Below are positions 27,264-39,760 of a stretch of 64,000 bases of DNA, piece after piece. The translations under genes were made by a program, and so were the position numbers. How positions within the stretch are numbered: position 1 is the stretch's first letter; each line of letters begins with the position of its first letter. Origin of the DNA: Eledone cirrhosa (lineage: Eukaryota); the NCBI GenBank assembly GCA_964016885.1, contig OZ024746.1:42842001-42906000 (forward strand). The letters run 5' to 3'. The notes beneath the pieces are model-generated. The model was not told where the DNA came from, ran no database searches, and was given only the letters and a program-made list of their open reading frames with translations.

Positions 27264-28444
27264 GGTATATAATCTACTATGCATTGAGTACCTTACTTAC
27301 TGTTGTTACTCCCGATCGAACCTGGGGTACACACACACACATTATATCTATATATATATAGCTTAACCACTGCTTTATTGTGTACTGAGTATTTGCTCAT
27401 TATTGGGAAAAGGTTTCAATGGTGAAATATAGAAAGGTAGGAAGAAAGCAAAAAGAAGCTGTTAGAAAGTTTATATATTTTGGTGATATATTACTACTAG
27501 AAATAGTAATACCAGAGATGTTCTACAAAAATAATTTTTTTTTCCAAAATTTACTGAGGTATTAAGTCATTAAAATGTAATTCTGAAAATAAAGAATATT
27601 TAGCCTTATATTTTCATATTTAAGGGGGAAAATTGAGAGTTATTCTTTAGTAAAATGAATGGATCCATTGATAGAATTCCTGCCATAAAACCAATTTATA
27701 CAGAATCTGACATCCTATGATATATGCATGAGCCTGGTTTTAAGACATTTCATTCATCAACAAAAGCAGCTTCTATATATATAACAAAGAAACTGAGGCA
27801 AGATGTATTAGAAAACACACAGTTGCTCAGATGAACAACCAGCACCAAAATCAATCAAAGTAAAGCTTCTAATAAAAGAATGCTTCAGTAATTCACTTTC
27901 TGATTCTTAATGTTCATATTTCTAATTCATTGCTAAATATTCATTACGATGAAAAAGATATACAAAGCATCAATGTGAACATTATGTGTTCTTGCATTCA
28001 AATTCGGATTTTGGATTATGATTCATAATGTCATAAGGACTCCTTAACACTAATTATCATAATATTTAAATATGTCATCATACATAACACAAATGCACAC
28101 ACCAAAAAATAGGCATACACACAGATAGGCATGCACACACACAGACAGCTACCTACACATATGCATACATACACAAATAAACACATTTATATGGTTACCA
28201 CTACTCTTTATATTTCCTTATCCTTCATTTACAACACATTCCTATCACCTACTACTAAGCATGCATAAACACCACAAACAAAACCCTCTATGAGACTTTA
28301 AAAAAACACACCAAAATACAGACATTAATGAGATTTAAAAAAAAACATACAGAACTATGCCTTCTCTGTCCACAAATGAACAACACAATTAAAACTCTAA
28401 TAGTTTCTACAAATGTTAAACAGAGTAATCACTGATGACCAGTA

Positions 28445-28670
28445 TGCACAAACCATCAAAGGAACTTCTATGTTGTCACTTGATCTGCTAGAAATAACAG
28501 TTAAATCTCCTTTAAATCCTACTCTGCTGTCTTAAAGAAAAATATATGTTAAATAATGTGGTCTTGTGTTACCTGTACATAGAATAAAAACATGATGGTC
28601 TTCGATAGAATGGCTTTCAAAATAGGTCTGCTTTATCAGGGTTGGCTTAGAACTAAACATTGACAACAAC
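28445..28670 (+). repeat. Interspersed repeat (SINE-like 3' portion)
   Basis: gtcacttgatctgctagaaataacag..aaatctcc; related segments at ~4370-4510, ~16490-16545 and inverted at ~24440-24630. Confidence 0.55.
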
Positions 28671-29056
28671 TACCTATATACAATATAGACAGGACTATTT
28701 CACCAAACTAGATTTTCTCTTTTGGAATTAGAAAATACTGTCTGACATAAACAGCTGTTGACCTTTACGAGGTGCAGATATGCTTTACAAAGAATACTAT
28801 ACATATATTTAAAGTAGTGCACTCCCCACACAGGAATATTTTAGGAAATGTTGAAGAATAGGTCATATATCTGATATGCAAATTCTTATTATCTAACATT
28901 CTTTGACCAATTGCTTATGTTGCACTCTGTTCTTCTCCTGTCTTTTTATAAGAGGGACAATGGTATCTGTTTTTCTAAACAAGTCAACTCCAGCTCATCC
29001 AATACATTTACTTGTCCTTCTCTTGTTATCTCTTCTGTACTTCCAACTCACATATA

Positions 29057-29174
29057 CAGGGGTGGGCTGAAAAGTTCATATGTTGATTCTAAAGGAGTGA
29101 TGCTAGAGCTGTGAAATCTTGCATTAATTTCAACTCTTCTTATTAATAGCTACATTGTTTCTTTCCAGGGACTA
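29057..29174. mobile_element. Half of a mariner-type MITE
   Basis: TA followed by caggggtgggctgaaaagttcata..gctagagctgtgaaa..ttattaata; reverse-complement match to ~36685-36803. Confidence 0.8.
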
Positions 29175-29242
29175 GAACTGTTTCTATCTATATTGTTCTG
29201 TTTGCCTACACTTTCCAAGGAGGGTCTGGAAGGGAGCAAAAC

Positions 29243-30290
29243 TTGACAGTTGGAATTTGGAACACCACAACTCTTACAGGTAAGGAGCAGTTACTAGTGG
29301 AGGAGGCTATATGCTACTGACTAGATATAGTCAGGGTTTCCTCTACAAAGTTCTGTGGCTCTGATACTGTAAATTTGGATGGAGAATGAAAACTCCACTA
29401 TTCACGTTTGGAGCCAGAAATTACTGCACAGGTAGGAGTGGAAATACTCACAAGCCCCTGGCTGTTGGAATGTGTTCTAGACTGGATTCCATTAGGAGGG
29501 AGGATTTGTCTCTTGAAGCTTAGGCTGAAAGATAAGTCTCTGTGAGTAGTGCAAGTATATACACCAAACAAGGAATCTGAATACAGGTCACAGCAGCACT
29601 AGATGTAGTTAAGACTGAGTCATATATCCTGATGGGAGACTTCAATGCTCATGTTGACACTGACGTCCTCACATGGAAAGAAGTGATGGGAAGGAATGGC
29701 AACATCATCATTTTCATTTCATTTTACGTCCGCTTTTTCCCTGCTTGCAAGGGTGGGACAGGAACTGATTCTGGCTTGATTTCTACAGCTGGATGCCCTT
29801 CCTAACACCAACCTCATTTACAGTGAGTGCTGGGTGCTTTTTTGCTGTGGCACCTACACGACCACTTTGCAGTGGAATGATAGGGACCCCAGTCCCTATC
29901 ATCTCATTTCTACAGCTGAGTAACCTGAGCAATGTGAAATAAAGTGTCTTGCTCAAGGAAACAACACATCATCCAGTCTGAGAATTGAACTCACAATTTT
30001 TCGATTGCAAGGCCAATGCTCTAACCACTAAGCCATGTGCCTCCAACCTTGATCTAAATACAAATGGAGTGGCCTTACTAGACTTCTGTTCTAGAAATGG
30101 ACTCTCTATTATCAACACCTTCTTCCAGTACAGAGACATCTATAATATACATGGTATAAGGGGAATCAGAGACAGAGATCAATAATTGATTTTGTTATTG
30201 TCTCTGATCTCTTTGATTCTGTGCTGGATGTTCGTGTTAAGAGAGGCGCTGAGCTGTCAACTGATCACCATCTATTTATCTACAACTTGA
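29243..30290 (+). pseudogene. Expander/Rex3-like RTE LINE, APE endonuclease domain, interrupted by a SINE
   Basis: LTVGIWNTTTLTGKEQLLVEE..VVQVYTPN..ILMGDFNAHV..GRNG [SINE] NLDLNTNGVALLDFCSRNGLSIINTFFQ..IDFVIV..LSTDHH, with stops. Confidence 0.9.
29704..30044 (-). mobile_element. tRNA-derived SINE family B with RTE-type tail
   Basis: Head ggaggcacatggcttagtggttagagc..gagttcaattc on minus; (GAT)n tail; short caac duplication at 29700-29703 and 30044-30047; highly similar to 48008-48350. Confidence 0.92.
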
Positions 30291-33228
30291 AATGTTATAC
30301 ATGTAATGAGAAAAATAAACTCAACTTGAAATTTTGAGTGTTTACTCTTGAATTAATTAGTATAGTTCATATTGAATTACTAAGATAAAAATGTATGATT
30401 TTCTAGTGTAGGAACCATTAAAAAAGAACTTTGATATTTTATCCAGGTTAATAAAAAAAATGTCTTATAGAATTATGAAGTTATCTTGGTAAAATATAAG
30501 AATGAAAATAGAAATTAACCTATTCATTTTGTGTATTTCTTTTTCTTAGTTTGGTTAATGTTTGTTTTGAAAATAACATAACATGGTGCAGAATTGAGAA
30601 AGTGTATATCAGTTTAGAAAGAAATCTGTAACATATCCTTTTTTGCATCATTCACATCGAAAAATAAATGACATTGAATCAATAAATGATTAGCAAAAAT
30701 AGAAGCCAACATTTTTCATAGAATCTTTATCAATTTTCTTAAATTAGAATATGAATTTGATATCTATCTGACATCTCCTTTTAAGAATGTTAGTTTTGAT
30801 ATGTGTACTTTTGATGGAAAAGTATAGCATTGAAAATATAGAACTAAATTTATAATTTCCATCAAAAATGCAATTATTACTTTAAATTTGTATTTAGAAA
30901 AGAATAGATAACCATGAAAACACCAAATTGTGTAGTTTCATTGGTAGGACAAATGTTTTGTTTGATAACCGAGCAATTTTATTATTGCACTATCTTTTCA
31001 ATTTTATGTCAGAAATTCTATTTTTCATCTTAGTTTTTCTTCCATCAAAATTATTTCAGATAAATACCAGAGATATATATATAAATATTTATGCTGTTTT
31101 ATTAATTTATACTTGGCAAAATTTAAAAAGTAAATAGCTATTTTGTGAACAGGCTTAGAGGATCTGTTTAATAAATCCCCATTTTAAGATAGGATTGTTT
31201 TAATGAAATACATACACAAATATCTCAAACTAATGGTGGCATGGGATTAAAGGAATGTTTTTTCTCTTTTCTGGAAGGAATGATACTTCTCACTACAGAA
31301 CTCAATTAAACAATCAAATATGGAAATTAGAGGTATTTCTTAGTGCAAATGTTGAGCAAAGATTAATGAAAAGGCTGCAACAAAATAGAAAATTCTCTCA
31401 CTAAAATTGAAATGATGATTATCTTCAGAGAAATAGCAAAGAAGATAAAGATAAAAGAATGAAGAAATGATATAATAGTCTTAAAGTGTGTAATTATAAA
31501 GATGTGTTTAAATGTATGCAATGATAACTTGGAAAATAATAGTAAGTGTAGCATGCATGCTCTCTGTATCAATTTAAGAACATTTGTTGAGAGCATCATA
31601 AGTTGTTAGTAATTTATGCATGTAGGAATTCTATGCAGATATTAAACTAGATGTTTCAAGGATTCTAAAGAAAAACAATGATTGCATTCATTTTCCTGAA
31701 ATCTAAGCATGTATCATGGCTTCTTTGTTTCTATACCAAATTAGAATTTAGTTGACACAGCATTTCAATCTTAAATGAACTAAAATATATTACAACTGCA
31801 ACTTAAAAGGAAAGTCTATAAAAGGAATACAATTACTGTTCTAAAATACCATTGTCATTTCTATTGAGAATATACGAGTACAAGTATTGATAAGCCTAAA
31901 GTCACAGACATAAAGCTTATTTTAAGGCAGCATTTCTTCTCATGTTAAGAAACTATTATAGTATATCTAACCAGTTTTCTAGCTAGTTGTTGGCATTCAA
32001 ATTACTCAAGATAGGAGTTCATATTTATATAACTAAACATTTCTACTATGAAAAACTAGCACTCATATAAGGAAGCTTTGTATAAAAAAAAGTGTACCAC
32101 TTAGTATATATATATTTCACACTTGAAAAAATTTAAAAAGGGACAAAATTACATGAAACAGTTAAAAATTCAATGAGATAAAATGATGGTTTTGTTAGTT
32201 ATTATCATAGATCCAAGATCTACAAAAAACACTACATTTTAAAGAATATATTTACTTAATGATTTACATTTAATATAAATAAATGCAAAAAATGTTTATC
32301 TATAGTTTGAGCTATCTCTCTAAGGCAGTTTTAATTACTAACATTTTGAAACTTATCCCTTATTAGATTTTAACTGTAACTAAATATGATATAATATTTA
32401 ATAGTCAGGAAATATTACACACCAAATTATTAGCTAAGTACAGAATTATATTTTTAATATTTTATCTCCTGTATTACTCAATATGCAAACTTGTTAATTT
32501 AACTACATACTTCTTCAGTGGTGATAATGTAAATTTCATAATCAATGCCAATTATTTTTGGCAATAAATAAGCTAAGCAATTAATTATAATCAATGTAGT
32601 AGAGACATTTAAAATGTCTTTAATAAAAATGTCAGGATTAAAAAAAAAGATTATTAGTTATGAATTCAATACACTGAAACAAAAATGTTAAAAATAGTTA
32701 CTTTAGTGCTTTATTGATTGAATTTGATATACGTCAAGATCATCATAGTTATCCTTACATAGGAACTCAATTTTTACTCACTGATTCACCTGCATATTGA
32801 TATTCTGCTATTCTTAGATAACTACATAGGATTCAAGAACTATAATTTGTGATTTGTTTTTATAGCAATGTAGCCAAATTACAGATAATTAGAGCCAATA
32901 CTTAATTTCTAAAGTAAACACTTCTTCAGTGTATAATGTCTCATCTTTTGCAATTAACATTTTTGTTATTCAACAAAATATTCAACAAAATTATTTTACA
33001 ACTGTTAAAAGGTAGAGATCTTACAAGGTAGTCTGACATATACTACTACTATCTGAAGCTACATCAAAGATCACACAATTTCGAAAGGTGAATTCTAAGA
33101 AAAGAATAAAGCAAACAGCAGTAACTTCAGGTGTCTGTCTTTTCTTGTTCATGTTTTGATGTTTTACTAAAACCTCCTCAATTATATAAAGATAGATAAT
33201 TGTTATTCTATAACCGAATATGTGGGGC

Positions 33229-33430
33229 AATAATTGTTTCTAGATTATGTACAAGGCTAGTAATTTGAATGGAAGAGGAAAGTCAATAAAACCGACCCCA
33301 CTGGTGCTTTATTTTATTGTCACTGTAAGTATGAAAATCAAAGCTAACCTTAGAAGGATTTGAACTCAGAACATAAAAGGCTGTAACTATATGCAGCAAA
33401 AATGTTGTCTGATACAGTCAATCCACCACT
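33229..33430 (-). mobile_element. SINE family A, diverged
   Basis: aataattgtttctag..acaaggc..atgaaaatcaaagctaacc..ggatttgaactcag. Confidence 0.75.
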
Positions 33431-33636
33431 CTACATGTGGGGTAATAATGAGCTTGAGAAAAGTATTTTTCATATCCCTACCACATTATAATTGTTAATG
33501 GATATAATTATATATTTGATTAGATTTCAATATACTGAATCTTGAGAATATTTTTCTGATGTTAACAGAAATTAGATTGCCTGATATTTTCTCTTGCAAT
33601 ACATAAAGTCTCTCTCTCTCTCCCTTTATCCTCCTC

Positions 33637-34857
33637 ATCATCATCATCATCATCTTCGTTTAACGTCCATTTTCCACGCTAGCATGGGTTAGACGGGAGT
33701 TGTCCCACTTGAGGCAAGTCTGGTTGAGTGACTGTGTCTCGCTCATATAGGACTATCTGGCAGGTTTTCTACGGCTGGATGCCCTTCCTAACACCAACCA
33801 CATTTACAGTGTGGAACTGGGAACTTTTTACCATATTACCTACACGGCCACATTACAGCGTGAACTGTGTGTGTTTTTTGTCGTGACACCTACATGATCT
33901 CGATCTCATTTGCTCGTGCTGTTGGTGGGAGTGGGAGGATAGGGTAGGGGTAGTGGATTGGGGTGTATATTTGGTTAAGAGGTGCCTACTGACTGTAGGT
34001 TTTGCTTTGTACATAGGCAAGGCGGGTCTTCTGTATTACTGCATAATGCCAAAGATCTTGGTCCAGAGACATTGTCTTAGAGAGATGTAAGTGTGTGAGG
34101 TCGGAATTTATCAGATCGTCCCAGGTTTTTCTGGGTCTACCTACTCTAACTATCATCAATTTTGATCGCCCTGCACTTTTTTATACAGCTGTCGTCTTTC
34201 ATGCGCATCACGTGACCATACCAACGTAGTCTTCTCTCAAGTAAACAGCATCTGATCCCTCTTATTCCTAATTTCTCACTTAGTTCATTTATGCTTTGCC
34301 GTTCATGTATATTACTATTACACATCCAACGGAGCATGCATGCTTCGTTCCTTTCCAGTCAGTGCAGGTCCTCTGCACGTAATGCCCATGTCTCACTGCC
34401 ATGTAGCATTGCTGTTCATATACAAGCATCATACAATCTGCCTTTCATTTTTAGAGAGAAACCTTTTGTGGCCAACAGCGGTATAAGCTCTCTGAACTTT
34501 TTCCATCCCGTTCTGACTCTGGCTTCTGTACTTTCAGAACACCCTCCACCACTGCTGATTTCGTCACCCAGGTAACGGAAAGTGTCTACTATTTCTATAG
34601 AACCATCTGGGCAATAGAAGGATATAGTATGATTTGAACACTTGCTACTTATTGCACCTGAGCATTGGCCACATATAAAGTCTACGTTCTTAGATAGTTT
34701 ACCTGTGATCTCACTACATCTTTTATGTACCCATACTTTGCATTTGGGACATAAAATGGAATTTATGCCTACTCCTTTCCAACACACTGAGCATGGCCAT
34801 TTCCCTGAGGGCACCTGTGCCCTATTTTCCTTTCTACAAACTAGAACTTTAGTCTTT
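33637..34857 (-). mobile_element. 5'-truncated RTE-clade LINE (ORF 3' part, 3'UTR, (GAT)n tail)
   Basis: ORFs 34416-34814 (PHD-like Cys motif, FRYLGDEISSGGG) and 34146-34337 (RRLRWYGHVMR); GRPRKTWDD; tail aacccatgctagcgtggaaaatggacgttaaacg(GAT)n. Confidence 0.93.
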
Positions 34858-34882
34858 ATATATATACCCCATTTTTCATATA

Positions 34883-35665
34883 TATATTCTCTACTAGATA
34901 TTTTGTCCTAATCTCATTCATTCTCAGCCCCACACTCATCGACAGAGTTCCCACCCCCTGCATCAAATCCTCTGCCTCCTTCACTGTGTTTGTCACAAAA
35001 CTATGTCGTCGGCAAATTCAGCATCCGATATCTTTTTGGCCTTAACTCTCCTGCTCTGAGCCGGTGTTACAGTAAAGCCAGAGAAGATTACTAATGTAGG
35101 CGAGAAGCCGCTAGAATTGGTTGAGGACTTCCTGTATTTGGGAGCAAAGATTGGGAATATGGAAGATGATGTGGTCGGAGGAAGAGTAAAGCCTAGGCAG
35201 CGTGCCACAGCTTGAGATCGGTGTGCAAGTCGGACCTTCATAAAGACCTGAAGATCCGCCTCTTCGTTGCTATAGTGGAGTTTGTGCTGCTGTATGGGTC
35301 TGAGACTTGGACACTGACCAAGAAACTCACTCAGATGGTGGATGGGTGCTACACGAGAATGCTGAGGATGGCTCTTAACATTAATCAGTATACACTGAGG
35401 ATGAAGAACTCAGAGCTGTACGGGAGCCTCCCAAAAGTCAGCTCAAAAGTGACAGAGGAGACTGAGGTTAGCTGGACATGCTCACCGACATCCAGAGTTG
35501 ACACTGCACTCAGTTCTCCTGTGGGAGCCCCTGCATGGACACACTAGAAGAGGAAGACTGAAGTTAACATATGTTGATGCCCAAAGGACAGACACTCATC
35601 TGTTGGAGACACAGGACATGGCAGCAATAATGAGGGACAGAGACCGCTGGAGAGAACTCGATATG
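34883..35665 (+). mobile_element. RTE-superfamily LINE fragment with 5' inversion and 14-bp TSD
   Basis: Minus strand ~34883-35082 encodes DAEFADDIVL..GLRMNEIRTKY; plus strand ~35083-35665 encodes LVEDFLYLGA..LLYGSETWTLTK..GRLKLTYVD..DRDRWRE; ccatttttcatata at 34869-34882 and 35666-35679. Confidence 0.9.
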
Positions 35666-36597
35666 CCATTTTTCATATAACAATATATATATATAAACAT
35701 TGTTGTCTTGAAAATTGAAAGGCAGCGTGAGTGTATTTTAAATTCATAGAAATAATTTGAAAACTCAATCGCAAGAATAACTGTTAAAACAGCCAAATAG
35801 CGTCAATGACAGCATGCAAGTCAGGTAAAATACTTCAAAGGACAGAAATCAGTGGTCAGTGTCAGTAAAGAGAAAAGTAAAGTTGTGAGGTGAGTGCTAG
35901 GCAAATGAATCAGAAAAGATTGAGAGATGAGGTGAAGGAGAAGTGTTTTAGCTTGTAGAAGTGATAAGAAGAAAGAAAGGAGGACAAATGGAGATTAGGG
36001 TTACAAAATTCACATATGCATCTAACTTTTTCAGCACTCAAACAGGCTTGTAGTTTCGCATGAGTTAATTGAGAGGACAGCAATTTTTATGCCAGCTTAT
36101 GCAACAGAAAATAAACATTTCTACTGGTGTGATGTGTGTGTGATGACAAGGCAAACAGAACAGACAGACAGATCAGAGAGAAATAAATGTGAAATCATCG
36201 TTTTTAAATCCATGCTAATATGGGTTGGATGGAGTCTTTTGAGGAAGTACTTTATGTTCAGGCACTATTTCTGACACTAGTTCTTCAATCGTGAGAGGTA
36301 GGGATAACATATGCAGTGATTCAGCTACCTAATTTAAGGTGGTAAGACTTGTCACAGTCACTGGCCTTAATGTGTAAAGTGCCTAGTTCAATTCCTCATA
36401 GCAGTGCTCGAGAACAAATTTAGCCACACAGACACAACCAAAGCAGCAATATCAGAAATAAATATCAAACCATACATTTCGTATACAAGAACCAAATGCA
36501 TTCACGCTGTAGAATAAATGAACACAATTAAAAAGAAACTCATAAAACATAACATAACTTGCATCGGTACTTTCCATGAACTAATAGTTAGAATATA

Positions 36598-36803
36598 CGA
36601 CAGTTGGCTGAAAAGTTCATAGGCTGAAAAATCCATAGGGTGACCAAAATTCTTTCATCGAAATGCAATTTATTATTCAATATAGTTCCCAGAAAGAAAC
36701 AACACAGTTATTAATAAGGAGAGTTGACATTAATGCACGCAAATTTCACAGCTCTAGCATCTCTCCTTCATAGTCAGCCTATGAACTGCTCAGCCTACCC
36801 TCA
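36598..36803. mobile_element. mariner-type MITE
   Basis: ~30-bp imperfect TIRs cgacagttggctgaaaagttcataggctga / tcagcctatgaactgctcagcctaccctca, TA on both sides. Confidence 0.88.
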
Positions 36804-37019
36804 TATTATACAAGTATCAAAATATAAAACCTCATTAGCATGCAATCACTGACTGGTGGAATGCATTTAAATGTCCAGTGATGTATATGAACATATGTAA
36901 ATGACCAATGATGTATATGAATTTTAATGTAAATATGAAAGTTGTGAAAGTCATGATCAAAATCCTTACATTAGTGACACAAACAGTATATTTCCCATTG
37001 GTTAAGCATTTCCATATAG

Positions 37020-37400
37020 TGCATGTGAGAAAATTGCCCTCACTGTAACACCTGTCTCTTCATTTCCAGCCTTGCCACTCACACAGCCATTAATGGTTCT
37101 CTCTATATCTGCTACTCTTCACCTGCACCTCCAATAACATTGTCTATGCCCTCTGTTTTTCCCTTTGTGGACAATCGCCTTTTAAAGCATAACCTTCTGG
37201 TGGGCTGATTAGTAGAACATTGGAGGGACATCCGACTTGGCAATGATACCCCCATCATTCATCAAGTCCATTCCTCAGGCCACTCCTCTATACATGTCTC
37301 AGGTGTCCTATCGCATCATGGATCACAAGCCTTGTGAATCAGTACTGAGCAGAACTTGATTGTCTGCCTTGGATCGAGTTTCTAAAATGGACTAAATTCC
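37020..37400 (+). pseudogene. Penelope-like element (probably Neptune-type), Cys motif plus GIY-YIG endonuclease remnant
   Basis: CNTC..FTCTSNNIVYAL..C, then 37215-37400 EHWRDIRLGNDTPIIHQVHSSGHS..EQNLIVCLGS..NGLN with two stops. Confidence 0.8.
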
Positions 37401-37671
37401 TCTCCACATTTTCTATAATCTATATTTACCCTTGCACACATGCACTTGCACGTCCTTCAATACACCTAGCCACTGTTACCCCTACCTCGTCTGCTGTAAC
37501 AAGTGTGCACACATTCACCCCTTAAATTTCCTAAGGCTTCATTGTGGTCAGAAACAGACACCCTTACAGCTTTGTACAGACAAACAACAAACATGTACAC
37601 ACTTCTAGACTTTCATTCACAGCTTTGTACAGACCAAAAACAAACACACATGCACACACATATACATGCAT

Positions 37672-37714
<43 letters not shown>

Positions 37715-37950
37715 TATATCCACTCTAAATACTAAAGGATTGTTTTCATTTCAGCATGATATTGACTCTTCTGATCACAGCCTTTCAAATGATGGCCAAC
37801 TGAACTTCCAACGTTATAAATCCTCCTGTCAACAGTTTTCTAAAAGATGGCAAAATCAACAGACCTGCTTTTTCTTGAAAAAATTCTTTACATTTCTGCC
37901 CCTGCTCAGACTCCTCTATCTTTCTATTTCTTCTTTTATTTCTCATTCTA

Positions 37951-37986
37951 TTTTCTGATGAATGACTAACGTCTGAAATGTTAAGA
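37951..37986 (+). ncRNA. Minimal Penelope-type hammerhead motif (decayed)
   Basis: tttt-CTGATGA-atgac taac gtct-GAAA-tgtt-aaga, downstream of the GIY-YIG remnant. Confidence 0.6.
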
Positions 37987-38069
37987 CTTTACCTACGATA
38001 TTAAGTGTGAAACTAATATATATCTTCATTGTACTTCATCATCATGTTGTGTTTTTTCCATTTACTTTC

Positions 38070-38192
<123 letters not shown>

Positions 38193-38379
38193 CAGACTTA
38201 TGTAGACAAAAAGCAAAATGTTTGCCAAAGTTCTGCAGTGTAAAGATCAGTGTTTTGGATTGAAAGATAGTGTATCGGAGGGGAAACAAAAGGTTGTTGA
38301 ATGAAAAGTTGGAATGTGAGCATGGGGTCTAACACAAGTACAACCACGTAAATGACAAGCCATCAAAGTTGATAACAAT

Positions 38380-39760
38380 ACGGTAGATAATGTGATTAAG
38401 GCTATGAAGTTAGGAAAAGCAACTGGCCAATCATATATAGTTGCTGAGATTATTAAACTATGTGATGGAACAGTACACAGGCTAGAAACTTGAATAGTTA
38501 ATTAGATAATACAAGAATGATTGGCATAGCAGCATCATTGTCAACTTCTACAAGGGCAAATGGGATATATAAGAGAGGAGTATTTACAGAGGTAGCAGAC
38601 TGTTGAACTAGGTTATGAAGGTCACAAAAAGAGTAATTGAACAGCTGATTAGAGAACTTATTTTAATGAGATTCAGTTTGGCCTTATGACTGGGAGAAGC
38701 ATTAACACAATCTTGCTAATTAGACAGGTGCAGATGTATTTTGCGAAGTTTAAACCCATATACTTAGCAGTTGTTGATATGTAAAAGGCCTATAATTTGA
38801 GGGTTTTTTATGAAGCTACAGCTAGTGGAATGAATTATGAGAGCTGTAATGGTCATGTACAGAATGGCAAGCAGAAATGTGTAAGTTGGTAATGAGTACA
38901 ATCACAAATTCATTGTACAAGTGGGTGTTGTTGAAGAATTAGTCTTCAACTACGCCCTATTTATTATAGTCCTCTAGGCCATAACAGGAGAATTGAAGAT
39001 GAGGTGTCTATGAGCACCCCTGATAATCTAACCCTCATAGTCAAAATGATAGGAGACCCAAAGAAGAAGTTCCAGTCATGAAAGGAAAATCTGGAATTGA
39101 AGGGCCTCAAATTAAACTTAGCAAAGACTAGGAAAGAGGATAAGACTGCTATATGTAGAAAAGGAGAGGATAAGGGTTTTATATGATGTACCCAGAGTGT
39201 ACAATGGATACTCAAGATATGCTGTGGGATCACTGGTAGACTTCATATGTTTCAAATGCAGAAGAGTAATCAACAATATGGCTACACATGAAATAAATGC
39301 CCAGAAGACTCACTAGAAGTGATAGATAGTCTTTGTTATCTAGATGACTTCAATAGTGGCTGTACTGAAAGTGTTGAAATTAGAGTGTGAGTGAGATGGA
39401 GTGGAAGAGGTTTAAGGAACTACTACCTCAACTGGCAACAAAGAGCTTCTCTCTCAAAGTAAAGAGCAGATTGTATAATGCTTCTGACAGCCATGAATGT
39501 AGAAGATCTGCACCAATTGGAAAGAAATGAAGCATGTACGTTCTGGTGGATAGCAGAGCATGAGTGAACTGAGAGGAAAGATGAGTATATGTAAAAACAG
39601 AGACATTTGGACTGGTATGAATATGTGATATGTAAAATGAGGGAGAGCTGTGCAAAGAAGCTGTTGAAGTAGTTAGAACCTGTGGAAGAGAGTGACACAG
39701 GAAGACATGGGACAAAATTGTGAAAAATGATTTTCAAAAAGTGAAGCTCACAAAGGAGTT
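38380..39760 (+). pseudogene. Heavily decayed RTE-clade reverse transcriptase
   Basis: KLGKATG..VAEIIK, IVNFYKGK, IQFGLMTGRS, LAVVDM*KAY, GLKLNLAKT, RKTWDKIVKND across many stops and frameshifts. Confidence 0.85.

Noticed and set aside
29970-30044. tRNA gene
   Set aside because: A/B boxes belong to a SINE head; no complete cloverleaf
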